Assembly: GCA_016839555.1 (NCBI GenBank)
Contig: JAEOUA010000003.1
Coordinates: 160,001-224,000 of the forward strand
Length of the DNA: 64,000 nt
DNA from: Promethearchaeota archaeon
GTDB taxonomy: Archaea > Asgardarchaeota > Lokiarchaeia > Sigyniarchaeales > SOKP01
Reading direction: 5' to 3'
The translations under genes were made by a program, and so were the position numbers. The notes beneath the pieces are model-generated. The model was not told the DNA's origin and did not search any database. It was given only the letters and a program-made list of their open reading frames with translations. Below, one piece after another: positions 26,833 to 36,998 of this stretch (positions are counted from its first letter, which is position 1; every line of letters begins with the position of its first letter).

Positions 26833-27486
26833 ATGGATTACGTCGAACGAAATTATAACATATTAAAAGAGAAGATGCTTACCCAAATGGAGAATGCTCT
26901 TGAATTCGGAAAAGAATTAATAGATTCTGAGTTAGATGCGGGTGTTTTAAATTTTGTGGTTAAGCCAGTCGTTAAAGCTTTTTATAACTATTGGTGCGAC
27001 AAAGATGCACGTACTGGGACTCGCAAACAGATAAAACTCGTATTGGATTTAGGTAAAAATTTAGTTCAAAATGGAGCCGAAGCCAATTTTGATGAAGTAA
27101 TTGAAAACCATTTTCAAGATTATTTAAAAGGCGATCAAACCTATCTCAGATGTAAAAAAGAGCACAAGGATTTCAACAAATTACGGCAAATAACAAAACA
27201 ATGTTTTATCACTCAAGTAGAGGGTGCTATAAAATTTTTAAAGGTCCAAGATGATGCCAAGGAATATGATGATTTAACAAGAGCAGCATTTAAAACAAAG
27301 CAAGAAGCTTACGATGCTCTTTCTAGACAATTAGACTATCACGATGAAGGGATAAAAATTGTAGAAAATAGCCCCGATATATTGGATGTGCCTACAGGAA
27401 AAGGAATTATCATCAAAATTTTAAGAAAAGGATTTGAACAGACCAAGAAAGAATTAATAAAAAGCTTAAATGTAGTTTATAATTAA
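26833..27486 (+). CDS. Hypothetical alpha-helical protein
   Basis: 217-aa ORF with typical codon usage and upstream AAGG; no motif recognised. Confidence 0.7.
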   Translation: MDYVERNYNILKEKMLTQMENALEFGKELIDSELDAGVLNFVVKPVVKAFYNYWCDKDARTGTRKQIKLVLDLGKNLVQNGAEANFDEVIENHFQDYLKGDQTYLRCKKEHKDFNKLRQITKQCFITQVEGAIKFLKVQDDAKEYDDLTRAAFKTKQEAYDALSRQLDYHDEGIKIVENSPDILDVPTGKGIIIKILRKGFEQTKKELIKSLNVVYN

Positions 27487-27552
27487 GTGCACTTATTTTT
27501 TTAAGAACTCACCTCTTAACATTTATGGAATATTTATTTAAAAAAAATTTCA

Positions 27553-28647
27553 ATGAAGATTTATACAACTAATAATACATATAAAAATAATAGCAAAAGA
27601 GCGGGGTTTAAAAAAAGATCTATAAACCTTCGAAAGATCTTTTTGCCCTTGTTTACTGGGGCTATTATTCTTATTATATATTTCTATACTTCGGAAGGAT
27701 GTGGTTCGATATCGACTCCATTCGTTAATGAAGCACATTTTTCTTTCCAATTTAATATAACTTTACTTATATTTGTTTTTTTTTCATTTTTAGCTGGCCC
27801 TTATCAAGGAGGTATTACAGGCTTTTTTGGTGAATATTTATACCAAATTGTAAATTACGAGTTTATTCATATTGATTGGTGTATTATTGTAGCCTTATTA
27901 GGAATCTTATCAGGAATATATAAATATGAACCATTAAAATATAAAAATAAATTAAAAATATTCTACACCTTTTTAATATTATTCATTTCTTCAATTATCA
28001 TTAGCTTTATAGTTATAATATTCAAAGTTCTCTTATCCTCAAGCTTAACGCTCGTATCTATTTTGTTATACTTTGGATTTAAATTTTTTCTCCAAGCACA
28101 ACTTACAATAGTATATATTGTTCCATTTCTTCTATTGATATATGATAAAGGGCTTGCTAATAAAGAAAAGTTCATCTATAATATTGCGCTTACTCATCAT
28201 CCCATAACTCAGAGTGATCATACTTTTTATTTTAAATTTGGCAGAACATATATATTTTTTTGCTCTAGATGTTCAGGTGTAATAATTGGTGGGTTAATGA
28301 TGAGTTTCATTTTCGATGTTGTCGAAAAAGTTTATCCCTTCATAATAAGTCCCGAAGTAGCAGTGATTTTTTGCATTGTCCTCCCAATTCCGGGTATAAT
28401 TGATTGGGGAACCCAAACATTAGGGTTACGAAAAAGCTCTACCGAATCTAGATTATTTACGGGATTTATTATTGGATCTGCTTTATATATACTTACCTTT
28501 ACTCAAGAATATTATTTACTTATGATAATACTAATAATCTTTTATTTTTCCATCGTAGGCCTATTAATGTTTATTGGGAATAGGAGACAGATGAAAAAAG
28601 AAGAAAAGAGTAAATATAATTTCCATAAGAGAAATTTCGATGACTAA
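27553..28647 (+). CDS. ECF transporter S-component-like domain fused to a DUF2085-like membrane domain
   Basis: N-half AGPYQGGITGFFGEYL…WCII (S-component-like); C-half THH…DHTF…CSRCSG…IDWGTQ…RLFTG (DUF2085-like). Confidence 0.7.
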   Translation: MKIYTTNNTYKNNSKRAGFKKRSINLRKIFLPLFTGAIILIIYFYTSEGCGSISTPFVNEAHFSFQFNITLLIFVFFSFLAGPYQGGITGFFGEYLYQIVNYEFIHIDWCIIVALLGILSGIYKYEPLKYKNKLKIFYTFLILFISSIIISFIVIIFKVLLSSSLTLVSILLYFGFKFFLQAQLTIVYIVPFLLLIYDKGLANKEKFIYNIALTHHPITQSDHTFYFKFGRTYIFFCSRCSGVIIGGLMMSFIFDVVEKVYPFIISPEVAVIFCIVLPIPGIIDWGTQTLGLRKSSTESRLFTGFIIGSALYILTFTQEYYLLMIILIIFYFSIVGLLMFIGNRRQMKKEEKSKYNFHKRNFDD

Positions 28648-29155
28648 TAAAAATATTATTTTTATTCATGGTTTGGAATCATCAGGACATGGATTTAAGG
28701 GAAATTTATTCCGAGAGCGAATCCCTGCTATTTTAACTCCTGATTTTCGGCCATATTCTCCGGAATTTTCTTACCAAGAATTATTGAAAGATCGAATGGG
28801 AGAATTGATTGGGATTCTAGAAAAAGGAGAGCATTGGAGAATAATAGGTTCCTCTTTTGGTGGTTTGATGGCTACTTTATATTGCTTAAAATATCCGAGA
28901 AAAGTATACAAATTAATTTTACTAGCACCTTTTCTAGCTGTACCAGAATTAGATCCCTCTAAATATGAAAAAGTAAATGTGCCGATAATAGTATTTCATG
29001 GAAAAAATGATAGAGTTATCCCAATCAAAAAAACTAAACCTCGAGCAGAAGCATTATTTAATAATTTAGAATATAATATTGTTGATGACGATCATATGCT
29101 TCATCCAACCACAGAATCTATCAATTGGTTGGAAATATTAGAATTAGAAAAATAG
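28640..29155 (+). CDS. Small alpha/beta hydrolase (YqiA-like esterase)
   Basis: FIHGLESS, GSSFGG, HGKNDRVIP, DDHML. Confidence 0.88.
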   Translation: MTNKNIIFIHGLESSGHGFKGNLFRERIPAILTPDFRPYSPEFSYQELLKDRMGELIGILEKGEHWRIIGSSFGGLMATLYCLKYPRKVYKLILLAPFLAVPELDPSKYEKVNVPIIVFHGKNDRVIPIKKTKPRAEALFNNLEYNIVDDDHMLHPTTESINWLEILELEK

Positions 29156-29379
29156 AAGTATCAAAAATTCAATCAACTCTTCAATTGACCTAAAATAATA
29201 ATTGGACTCCAATTTTTTTATAGAGCTTAATATTCTTTAATTTATTGTAATAAATTACTACAATAATAAGTAGCAAAATTGAAGTTCTATTGAAAATGCT
29301 ATGAAAAAAAGAAACTAAATAGAAAAAAAATATAAATCATATAATAAAATTAAATTATAGGAATAAATTGTTGTAAAAA

Positions 29380-31056
29380 ATGACTCGAAAAAAATATATC
29401 TGTTCGGAATGTGGTAATATTTTTAATGAAGAATTGGGTCTATTAATTGAAAATAATATACAAGTATTTTGCGAAAAGTGTGGTGCTCCATTCACTCTTG
29501 AGAGTTCTGAACTTTTACAAAAAGAATTCAAGCCAATAAAAGAACCATCTGAAAGAAAACGAGTTTCCAAAAAAGAGAAAGAGAAGAAAGCTAAAAAAGA
29601 AAGAGAACGAAAAGAAATAGATCACTCCAAATTAAATGGAACAATTAAAGTATTTAATAAATTTGCTTATATTCCAATCTTAATTTTTGGGATTGTGTCA
29701 TTAATATTAATCTCTGAATGTTTTGCCAATCCTGAACAATTTACTATTCTTTTTATAAGACATTTTACTGCTGGTATAGCTGCATTAAGTATTGCTATTT
29801 ATGATAATAGATTTATTTCAAAAAAAATCAAAGAAGGTAAACATAATGATGTTGTATTGGATGCATTTTGTATGGGTATATTAGGATGTATTACTTTCGG
29901 ATTAGGGGTTCTCATATTGATAAAAGGTGTATTAATAATAATTTATGTATTTCTAAATGAAAATAACGAGGAACGAAGTTTTTACAAAAAGGGATTATCA
30001 ATGAAAAATTCTTTTTGTAATTTCTCTTCAAAAGCAGGTTATATTATAATAGTATTAGTTTTTAACGGCTTTTATAGCGGAAGAATTAAAGTGAATGAAA
30101 TACCAGTTTTGACATATATAAAAAACTTACCACATATTTCTATCGCTTTTCCTTATTTTATTGCTTTTTGCATATTCTTTTCTATGGCTCTTATTAGTCT
30201 TATCATAAATTCTTTGATAACCCACAAAATCTATTATAGACAGAAATTTGATACCAAACATGGCATATCATTAATAATATTAGGTATCTTAGCCGTTATG
30301 TTCTATGGTGCAGGAATATTTATGCTTTTAGAAGGAGCTTTATTGATAATGTTGCGGATTATAACTCCAGAAGAATATGAAGAAAAACCAATAATTGTCA
30401 AAGAAAGAGAAGAGGTCTCTAAGCTAAAAATAGAAGAAAAAGAACCTCAAATAGAACTTCCTCCGATTCCTTTTACGGAAAGAACAGAAGAGAAAGAAAA
30501 ACTCGAAGAGGGAAAAGAAGAGTTTAGAGAAAAAAAAATAATTGAAAAACCAGTTTCACAACCTCCTTTTACTGCACAAATTGAGAAACAAGATATATCT
30601 GAAGAAATTAAAGAAGAAATTATTAAAATAAAGGATGAAGAAATAGAAGGAATAAGTGAAGAAAAAAAAGAAGAAGAACTAGAATTAAAGCTCCATGAAT
30701 CTCTTTTACCTGTTAAAAATAAAAAAGATAAAAAATTGGTAAAAGAATATTTTTCAAAGATTTTTACTTTGCTCTCTAAAGAAATTAGAGAAAAAATAAA
30801 AGATTTAGATATATCGAAAAATGAAAGGAAAGAAATTCTAAAAGAGCTAGCTTTTCTCAGTAAGGAACAACAAATAAAATATATTAATGCTCTAATCTAT
30901 CTATATAAAGAAGAAATCCCACAACAATTAATCGACCGGATAAAAAATCTTAAAAATGTAAAACCCGAGCATTTCGAAAAATTAGTAGATCAATTAAAAT
31001 ATATGGATACTCAAGAACAAGAACAATTTATTCAATTTTTAGAAAAATTTGCATAA
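29380..31056 (+). CDS. Membrane protein with N-terminal Zn ribbon, duplicated TM unit, acidic linker and C-terminal helical repeats
   Basis: CSEC…CEKCG, ~8 TM helices, E/K/P-rich linker. Confidence 0.75.
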   Translation: MTRKKYICSECGNIFNEELGLLIENNIQVFCEKCGAPFTLESSELLQKEFKPIKEPSERKRVSKKEKEKKAKKERERKEIDHSKLNGTIKVFNKFAYIPILIFGIVSLILISECFANPEQFTILFIRHFTAGIAALSIAIYDNRFISKKIKEGKHNDVVLDAFCMGILGCITFGLGVLILIKGVLIIIYVFLNENNEERSFYKKGLSMKNSFCNFSSKAGYIIIVLVFNGFYSGRIKVNEIPVLTYIKNLPHISIAFPYFIAFCIFFSMALISLIINSLITHKIYYRQKFDTKHGISLIILGILAVMFYGAGIFMLLEGALLIMLRIITPEEYEEKPIIVKEREEVSKLKIEEKEPQIELPPIPFTERTEEKEKLEEGKEEFREKKIIEKPVSQPPFTAQIEKQDISEEIKEEIIKIKDEEIEGISEEKKEEELELKLHESLLPVKNKKDKKLVKEYFSKIFTLLSKEIREKIKDLDISKNERKEILKELAFLSKEQQIKYINALIYLYKEEIPQQLIDRIKNLKNVKPEHFEKLVDQLKYMDTQEQEQFIQFLEKFA

Positions 31057-31070
31057 TGATTTGATTTCAA

Positions 31071-31952
31071 ATGTCCCTCGAAAAACGTAAAGATACTAAG
31101 GAAAAAGAAGAGGAATCAATATTAAAGGATAGCTCATTCAGGGTAAATGACTTTACTCCATTACAGTTGAAAAAAGCAGCTAAAAAAGTGGAACCTCCTG
31201 TTGAAAAATTATCCGAAATCGAAAAAGATGTATTAGAAATTGCTAAAGAAGTTTTAAAATTAAAAAGATTCGATACGGAGTTTGAAATCAAAACTCAAAC
31301 CCAAATCCAAAAATATCCTATTATTGAGAAACTATATGCTACATGCATATCAAAACTTGCTTATAATAAGGGATACAGTAAAGAAGATATCTTTTTAGCA
31401 ATAAGAAGCTTAGAAGATAAGAATTGGATTGTCACTAATGAACGACGAACTAAGTTAGAAGTATTAAAAAATGAAAAATTAGCGGCTGTATTAGAATTCA
31501 TACGGAAATATCCTGGAGTACACGGAAGAGATGAAAAAATAGAAGAAGAACTTGGGATCACGCGAACTCCCTTCTTGAAGCATGTTATGACTTTAGAGAA
31601 TTTCGAATTAATAAGATCAAAAAAAATAGGAAGACGATTGCATTATTTTGTAAAAGAAGTTGATGAAAATTTTGATGAATATAAAGCCCTTTTCTTTAAT
31701 CCATTAATTCCTCAAATTATCGAAGAATTTTTCAATGAAGAAACGGTTTCCATTACCGAAATTTCTGAAACTTTGGATGTATATCCTGGAACCATAAATT
31801 ATCATTTGAAGAAATTGAAAAATTTAGATATTATCAAAACCATTAAGAATAAAGAAGGGAAAAAAATGCACTTGGTAAATGTTGATCTTCTAAAGAAATA
31901 TAACGAAATATTTAAGGAACCAAATTTCTCTAACCTTCTCAACGGATTATAG
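31071..31952 (+). CDS. Multi-wHTH DNA-binding protein
   Basis: FIRKYPGVH…KHVMTLENFELIRSKKIGRRLHYF and SITEISETLDVYPGTINYHLKKL. Confidence 0.8.
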   Translation: MSLEKRKDTKEKEEESILKDSSFRVNDFTPLQLKKAAKKVEPPVEKLSEIEKDVLEIAKEVLKLKRFDTEFEIKTQTQIQKYPIIEKLYATCISKLAYNKGYSKEDIFLAIRSLEDKNWIVTNERRTKLEVLKNEKLAAVLEFIRKYPGVHGRDEKIEEELGITRTPFLKHVMTLENFELIRSKKIGRRLHYFVKEVDENFDEYKALFFNPLIPQIIEEFFNEETVSITEISETLDVYPGTINYHLKKLKNLDIIKTIKNKEGKKMHLVNVDLLKKYNEIFKEPNFSNLLNGL

Positions 31953-32059
31953 AGTTTAATTAATTTAATTTATATAATCTTTATTTAAATTATTCATAAT
32001 ACTTTTTTTATGAATTAATCAGTAAATTAAAAAGATATGAATATAAAAAATGTTATTTC

Positions 32060-32929
32060 TTAGATATTTTTAATATCCGCTAGAGAATTAATTAGAATTT
32101 TTATAGCTCGATCAATTCCTGGCTCCATCTCAGAGTGAATCTCATTGGAATTTAGGAAATCATATTCTGTTCCCGGTAAATCTGAGAATCCTAATATAGC
32201 ACACGTTTTAAGGTTATATAATGCGCCTAATAAAAATAAAATTGAGGACTCCATATCAATTGCTTCAACTTCGATTGATTTCATTGTTCTTAAAAATTCT
32301 TGAGTTTCACAGAACAAAGCATCTATGGTCCATAAATCCACCATTTTAATTTTAGATTCATATAAAGACTTTCCTTGATTATACAATACATTACTCAACG
32401 CTTCGTTTGGTTTTGAGATATATATGATTTGATTGCCAGCAATGAGATTTTGAAATTTTCCACGGGGATTTTCAATAGATTTTAATTGAGTCGATAAGCT
32501 TGTATTGGTTAAAATGTATTCAGGAGATGTCCCATCTCCACAGTATGCTAATTTAGGAATTATCACATCACCTATATTCACATTATTTTTTAATCCAGGA
32601 ATTCCCCCACAAAAATCTATTCTTAGAATTTTATTTGCTTTCGTTCTTTTTAAACACTCCATCATTATTGCCATATTGGGACATCCCATGTGACTGCGAA
32701 TTACACTAACTCGTACTCCATTAAGCAGTCCGTTGTAGACATAGCCTTTTTTATTTTTATTATCTAATTTGTTAACAACTTTTTTCATTACCAATTTAGT
32801 CGTAGGGAGGATCACTATTTCATTAACATTAGATGGGGCAGTTTCTAAGAAAATACGGGTAATTTTTTCATCGTTGTCAATAAATTTGAGTCCTAAATTA
32901 ATTAGGTCTCTTTTAATTTTATTTATCAT
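32060..32929 (-). CDS. Nucleoside phosphorylase (PNP/UDP family)
   Basis: SHMGCP, RIDFCGG, IGDVIIP, GDGTS, DALFCET, DMESS. Confidence 0.85.
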   Translation of the reverse strand: MINKIKRDLINLGLKFIDNDEKITRIFLETAPSNVNEIVILPTTKLVMKKVVNKLDNKNKKGYVYNGLLNGVRVSVIRSHMGCPNMAIMMECLKRTKANKILRIDFCGGIPGLKNNVNIGDVIIPKLAYCGDGTSPEYILTNTSLSTQLKSIENPRGKFQNLIAGNQIIYISKPNEALSNVLYNQGKSLYESKIKMVDLWTIDALFCETQEFLRTMKSIEVEAIDMESSILFLLGALYNLKTCAILGFSDLPGTEYDFLNSNEIHSEMEPGIDRAIKILINSLADIKNI

Positions 32930-33066
32930 ATTAAACTCTTGATTATATTTTATAAGTAAGTATCTAATTATTATAAGACTTATAATTCTTAATAATTAAT
33001 TTAAATTATCTCTCAAAATTTTTAATAAAATAATGGAGAGTCAGTAAAAAGAGTTTAAATTAACTC

Positions 33067-34365
33067 GTGGGTATAATGAATAATACTTTTTTTAATCATA
33101 ATGGAATATCCAATGAATTCGTTGAATCATATATCAAAAGTAATTATAGGATAATAGGTAATAATAAACATTCCGCTATAAAGCCTTGTCATTGGTTAGA
33201 ACAAAGACTTTTAACGGGAAGAGATAATAGAAATTGTTACAAGGGGGTATTTGGTATAGAAAGCCACAGATGTCTTCAAAATACTCCTTCCTTACCGTTT
33301 TGTAATCATCAATGTGTTTTTTGTTGGAGAGATATTGAAAATGGATCAATCGGGAGCGATTTCTCAGTTAAACCAGATGAACCAAAAGAACTAGTTGATG
33401 AAATGATAAGACATCAGCGAAATATTATTAAAAACCATTTACCTCTAAGAAGATACTTAGAGAACTACGAAGTAATGCTCGACATTATGTGTTCAATGCT
33501 GAATAATGAAGGACCCCATAATATAAACTCATTATCAAAATATATTCATATTAGTAAAAATAAAATACAGCGAGCCTTAAACCTATTAAAAAACCAAGAT
33601 TTTATAAGACCTACAGACAATTCAATGAATTTTCTTAAATTAGATCAAGAAATAAGGAAATCATTGAATTCAAGAGAGGATTTAGAGCTTTTAATGAACC
33701 GAGAATTAACTTCTCCAAATGATATTATGAGGGCACATTCAGAAGCTTTATATCCTAACCATGCGGCAATATCACTTGATGGGGAGCCTTTACTTTATCC
33801 TAAATTATCTGGTTTAGTATATGAATTTAAAAAAAGACAAATGACCACATTTATTGTAACTAATGGTACATGTCCAGATAAAATAGAATCCTTGAACCCA
33901 CTACCTTCCCAATTATATATAACTCTTCCAGCACCTAATGAAGAAATATACAAAAAAACTTGTCGCCCAATGATTAAAAATGGTTGGGATAAAATTAAAA
34001 ATACTCTTGATTTAGTTGATTCACTTCCTACGAGAACATTAATAAGATTAACTGCTGTAAGGAATCTAAATATAAAAGAACAATTTATTGAAGACTATAT
34101 AAAATTAATTGATAAGGCAAATTCAAACTTTTTTGAAATTAAGGGATTTACATTACAAGCGAAAGCTTTATTAATAAACCAACGCCTAAAAAGTAAACAC
34201 CCAGTTCAATATTATTTTCCTAACTATGAATATTTGGAAGAAATTGCCAAATTATTTCAAGAAAAAAGCGGATTTCCATTAATATATACGAATATTCCAA
34301 GTAGAGATTTTTTATTTGCGGTTAATTGGGATGAAAACAAGGATCCAAAAATAAAAAAACCCTAA
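33067..34365 (+). CDS. taw1: 4-demethylwyosine synthase (radical SAM Taw1/TYW1) with an internal insertion
   Basis: HSAIKPCHW, CYK..FGIESHRCLQ.TP, CNHQCVFCWR, HAAISLDGEPLLYP, TFIVTNGT. Confidence 0.92.
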   Translation: MGIMNNTFFNHNGISNEFVESYIKSNYRIIGNNKHSAIKPCHWLEQRLLTGRDNRNCYKGVFGIESHRCLQNTPSLPFCNHQCVFCWRDIENGSIGSDFSVKPDEPKELVDEMIRHQRNIIKNHLPLRRYLENYEVMLDIMCSMLNNEGPHNINSLSKYIHISKNKIQRALNLLKNQDFIRPTDNSMNFLKLDQEIRKSLNSREDLELLMNRELTSPNDIMRAHSEALYPNHAAISLDGEPLLYPKLSGLVYEFKKRQMTTFIVTNGTCPDKIESLNPLPSQLYITLPAPNEEIYKKTCRPMIKNGWDKIKNTLDLVDSLPTRTLIRLTAVRNLNIKEQFIEDYIKLIDKANSNFFEIKGFTLQAKALLINQRLKSKHPVQYYFPNYEYLEEIAKLFQEKSGFPLIYTNIPSRDFLFAVNWDENKDPKIKKP

Positions 34366-35618
34366 TATCTATTGTTTACTAAATTTAATATTTTCTCTAA
34401 AAAAATCTTCATAAATTCTTCTCCGCTTTCAATTAAACCCAGTTCTCCCTTTTTTCCGGATCTTTCAGAGAAGATTCTTTTCTGATTATTCACCCGTTCA
34501 TTCATTGGATTATAAATCGCAAATGGAACAGGATCGCTTGAATGTGTCCGAATTGCACAGGGGGTTGGATGGTCTGGGAGTACACAAATTTTCAATTGAT
34601 TATTAAATATTTTTTCTGCTTTAATAAAAGGCTTTACAATTTTTCTATCAAAGTCCTTTAGAGCCACACTCTTTTTCTTCGGATTTCCCGTATGTCCCAT
34701 CTCATCTATGGCTTCCACATGAAGGTACACAAAATCTTTCTTTTTCAATTCTTCTAGAGCAGCAGTAACTTTTCCTTTGTAATTCGTATTAGGTAAACCT
34801 GTCGCTCCCTTAACATGAATGGGTTCTAAACCCGCAGCGATGCCCAATCCAAAGATTAGATCGACCGCAGAGATCACAGAACCTTCCAAGCCGTATTTAA
34901 TTTTAAACGGTTCTATTTTTGGCTTTTTCCCTCCACTCCACGGCCATATATTTGTTGCTATGTTTTTTCCTTTCTTTTTCCTTACTTTATTTATCTCATG
35001 ATCAAGTAATAAAGGTCTACTCCTCTCGATTAATTCGACTAATAATTGCGCAGTTAGCTTTGCTTTCTCATCATCAAAACTATTTGGAATTGGTAGATTT
35101 TTCTTAAAATTTTCACCTAATATATCATGAGGGGGAGTAGTTAGTATTTTTTCTGTGTATATTGTTCCATTCAAACGTAAAATATGACGGTATTGAACGC
35201 CCGGAAAAAAATCAACGCCTTCATCTGATAACTTATTTTGAAGATATTTTATGAGAGTTGTGGATTCTTCGGTAGATATGTGTCCTGCGGAATAATCTTC
35301 TATAATAGAATTTTGAATTGTAATAAGATTACATCTGAAGGCAATATCAGTCTCACTTAAGGGAACACCAGCGCTTAACGCTTCTAAGGGGCCTCGCCCT
35401 GTTAAATCCTTTTGAGGATTATACCCGATTATGGTCATATTCGCAACATCACTCGAAGGGTTCATCCCCGCGGGAATTGTCCTTAGTAATCCCATTTTAC
35501 CATGAGTTGCGAGATAATCCAGTGATGGTGTATCTGTTGCTTCAAATATTGTTTTATTCTCCAATTCTTCAATCGGCCAATCTGCCGCACCGTCACAAAT
35601 TAAAATTACATGTTTCAT
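34362..35618 (-). CDS. apgM: 2,3-bisphosphoglycerate-independent phosphoglycerate mutase (archaeal type)
   Basis: CDGAAD, SDVANM, GRGPLEA, PPHD, HVEAIDEMGH, PDHPTP, THSSDPVP. Confidence 0.93.
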   Translation of the reverse strand: MKHVILICDGAADWPIEELENKTIFEATDTPSLDYLATHGKMGLLRTIPAGMNPSSDVANMTIIGYNPQKDLTGRGPLEALSAGVPLSETDIAFRCNLITIQNSIIEDYSAGHISTEESTTLIKYLQNKLSDEGVDFFPGVQYRHILRLNGTIYTEKILTTPPHDILGENFKKNLPIPNSFDDEKAKLTAQLLVELIERSRPLLLDHEINKVRKKKGKNIATNIWPWSGGKKPKIEPFKIKYGLEGSVISAVDLIFGLGIAAGLEPIHVKGATGLPNTNYKGKVTAALEELKKKDFVYLHVEAIDEMGHTGNPKKKSVALKDFDRKIVKPFIKAEKIFNNQLKICVLPDHPTPCAIRTHSSDPVPFAIYNPMNERVNNQKRIFSERSGKKGELGLIESGEEFMKIFLEKILNLVNNRY

Positions 35619-35654
35619 CTAAAATCTCTAATATAGTGAAAGATTCAGATCATA

Positions 35655-36287
35655 TTAATTATCTTTTTTTTGAGTATACAATCTTTTTGGGATTTCGCTT
35701 ATATTTTTTTTGAAATCAATCTCTCTTACCATATTTTGAAATTTCTCTAACCACTTAATTTCTGCTTCATTATGTAATTCATAATGTTCCAGAGCTAAAA
35801 TTGTAAAAGGATTTAGGTCAAATAAAATATTAGACTCAACATATTTTTTTCCTTCTTCAATTTTTTTAAATAATTTTGTTCTTTCTCGAATTTGATGTTC
35901 ATTAGATTCTATTAATTCTTTCTTCCCTCTGAAAAATCCATATAAAAGAATGAAAGGAGTTATAGCATCGATATTGAAATAAAATTCTTGTAAATTATTT
36001 AAATAATATTTCATCTGCTTAAAGAATTCTTCTCTTCCTTTTGGGAGCAATTTGTAAATGGTTTTTTCAGGGCGATTTTCGTCTTGTTCAGATCCTATTT
36101 CTTCTATAAATCCCTTTTTTTTAAATTTTTTAAGTGTATAATAAAAAGAAGCGTTTGAGGATGCTTCAATATAATGATCAAATCTCCAGTCTATTGATAC
36201 TTTGATTAATTCATATCCACTCATGGGTTTTTGATAGGTGTTAAAAACTCCCAAAATAAATACTTCGAGAGGTCTATTTTTTGCCAT
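35655..36287 (-). CDS. PadR family transcriptional regulator
   Basis: PMSGYEL…SFYYTLKKF.KKGFI…RPEKTIYKL…GREEF, plus C-terminal helices AEIKWL. Confidence 0.88.
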   Translation of the reverse strand: MAKNRPLEVFILGVFNTYQKPMSGYELIKVSIDWRFDHYIEASSNASFYYTLKKFKKKGFIEEIGSEQDENRPEKTIYKLLPKGREEFFKQMKYYLNNLQEFYFNIDAITPFILLYGFFRGKKELIESNEHQIRERTKLFKKIEEGKKYVESNILFDLNPFTILALEHYELHNEAEIKWLEKFQNMVREIDFKKNISEIPKRLYTQKKDN

Positions 36288-36394
36288 AAAATTATTTTCA
36301 GATTTATTTTTATAATTATTTTTTTTATTCTAATTTAAATAGTTAAATTTAAATATTTAAATTTAATTATTATTTATTATAACACGCTTATAAA

Positions 36395-36946
36395 TTGAGA
36401 TTTATTATGAGAAAAGAAAATAATAAAAATTTAAATTATGAGGAAGAAAAGTGGCATTTTTCCCCATTAGATATAATTCTAACGAGTATTTTTACCCTCG
36501 CGTTTATTGGTCAATTCATTTTGCTTTTTATTTATAATAATGAATTGAATTTGAAATATTTAGAATACATAGGGTATGGTCTTTGGGGGATCTCAATAAT
36601 ATTTGCGATTTTACCAATGATCATTTTAAAAAGAAAAGGTAAAGCTCCTAAAGGGAAAAGTTATATACATACTCAAAAGATAGTAACAACTGGATTATAT
36701 GCTATTGTGAGGCATCCGCAATATTTTGCAGGTATTATATTAACTATAAGTATTACATGCATCACACAATCATGGATTAGTTTAATTTTGACAGTGCTTA
36801 TTATAATTCTAACATATCAGTGGACATATAGCGAAGATAAAAGCTTAATTGAGAAATTTGGAAAGGAATATGAGGAATATAAAGCGAAAGTACCTAGATT
36901 GAATCCAATTTTAGGTATAATTTATTATTTTATCAAAAGAGACTAA
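36395..36946 (+). CDS. ICMT/PEMT-family membrane methyltransferase
   Basis: VTTGLYAIVRHPQY, EDKSLIEKFGKEYEEYKAKVPR. Confidence 0.9.
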   Translation: MRFIMRKENNKNLNYEEEKWHFSPLDIILTSIFTLAFIGQFILLFIYNNELNLKYLEYIGYGLWGISIIFAILPMIILKRKGKAPKGKSYIHTQKIVTTGLYAIVRHPQYFAGIILTISITCITQSWISLILTVLIIILTYQWTYSEDKSLIEKFGKEYEEYKAKVPRLNPILGIIYYFIKRD

Positions 36947-36998
36947 AAGAACCAAGTTTTAAAGATATATTATAAAAAAAAGAAGTATATAACATCAA

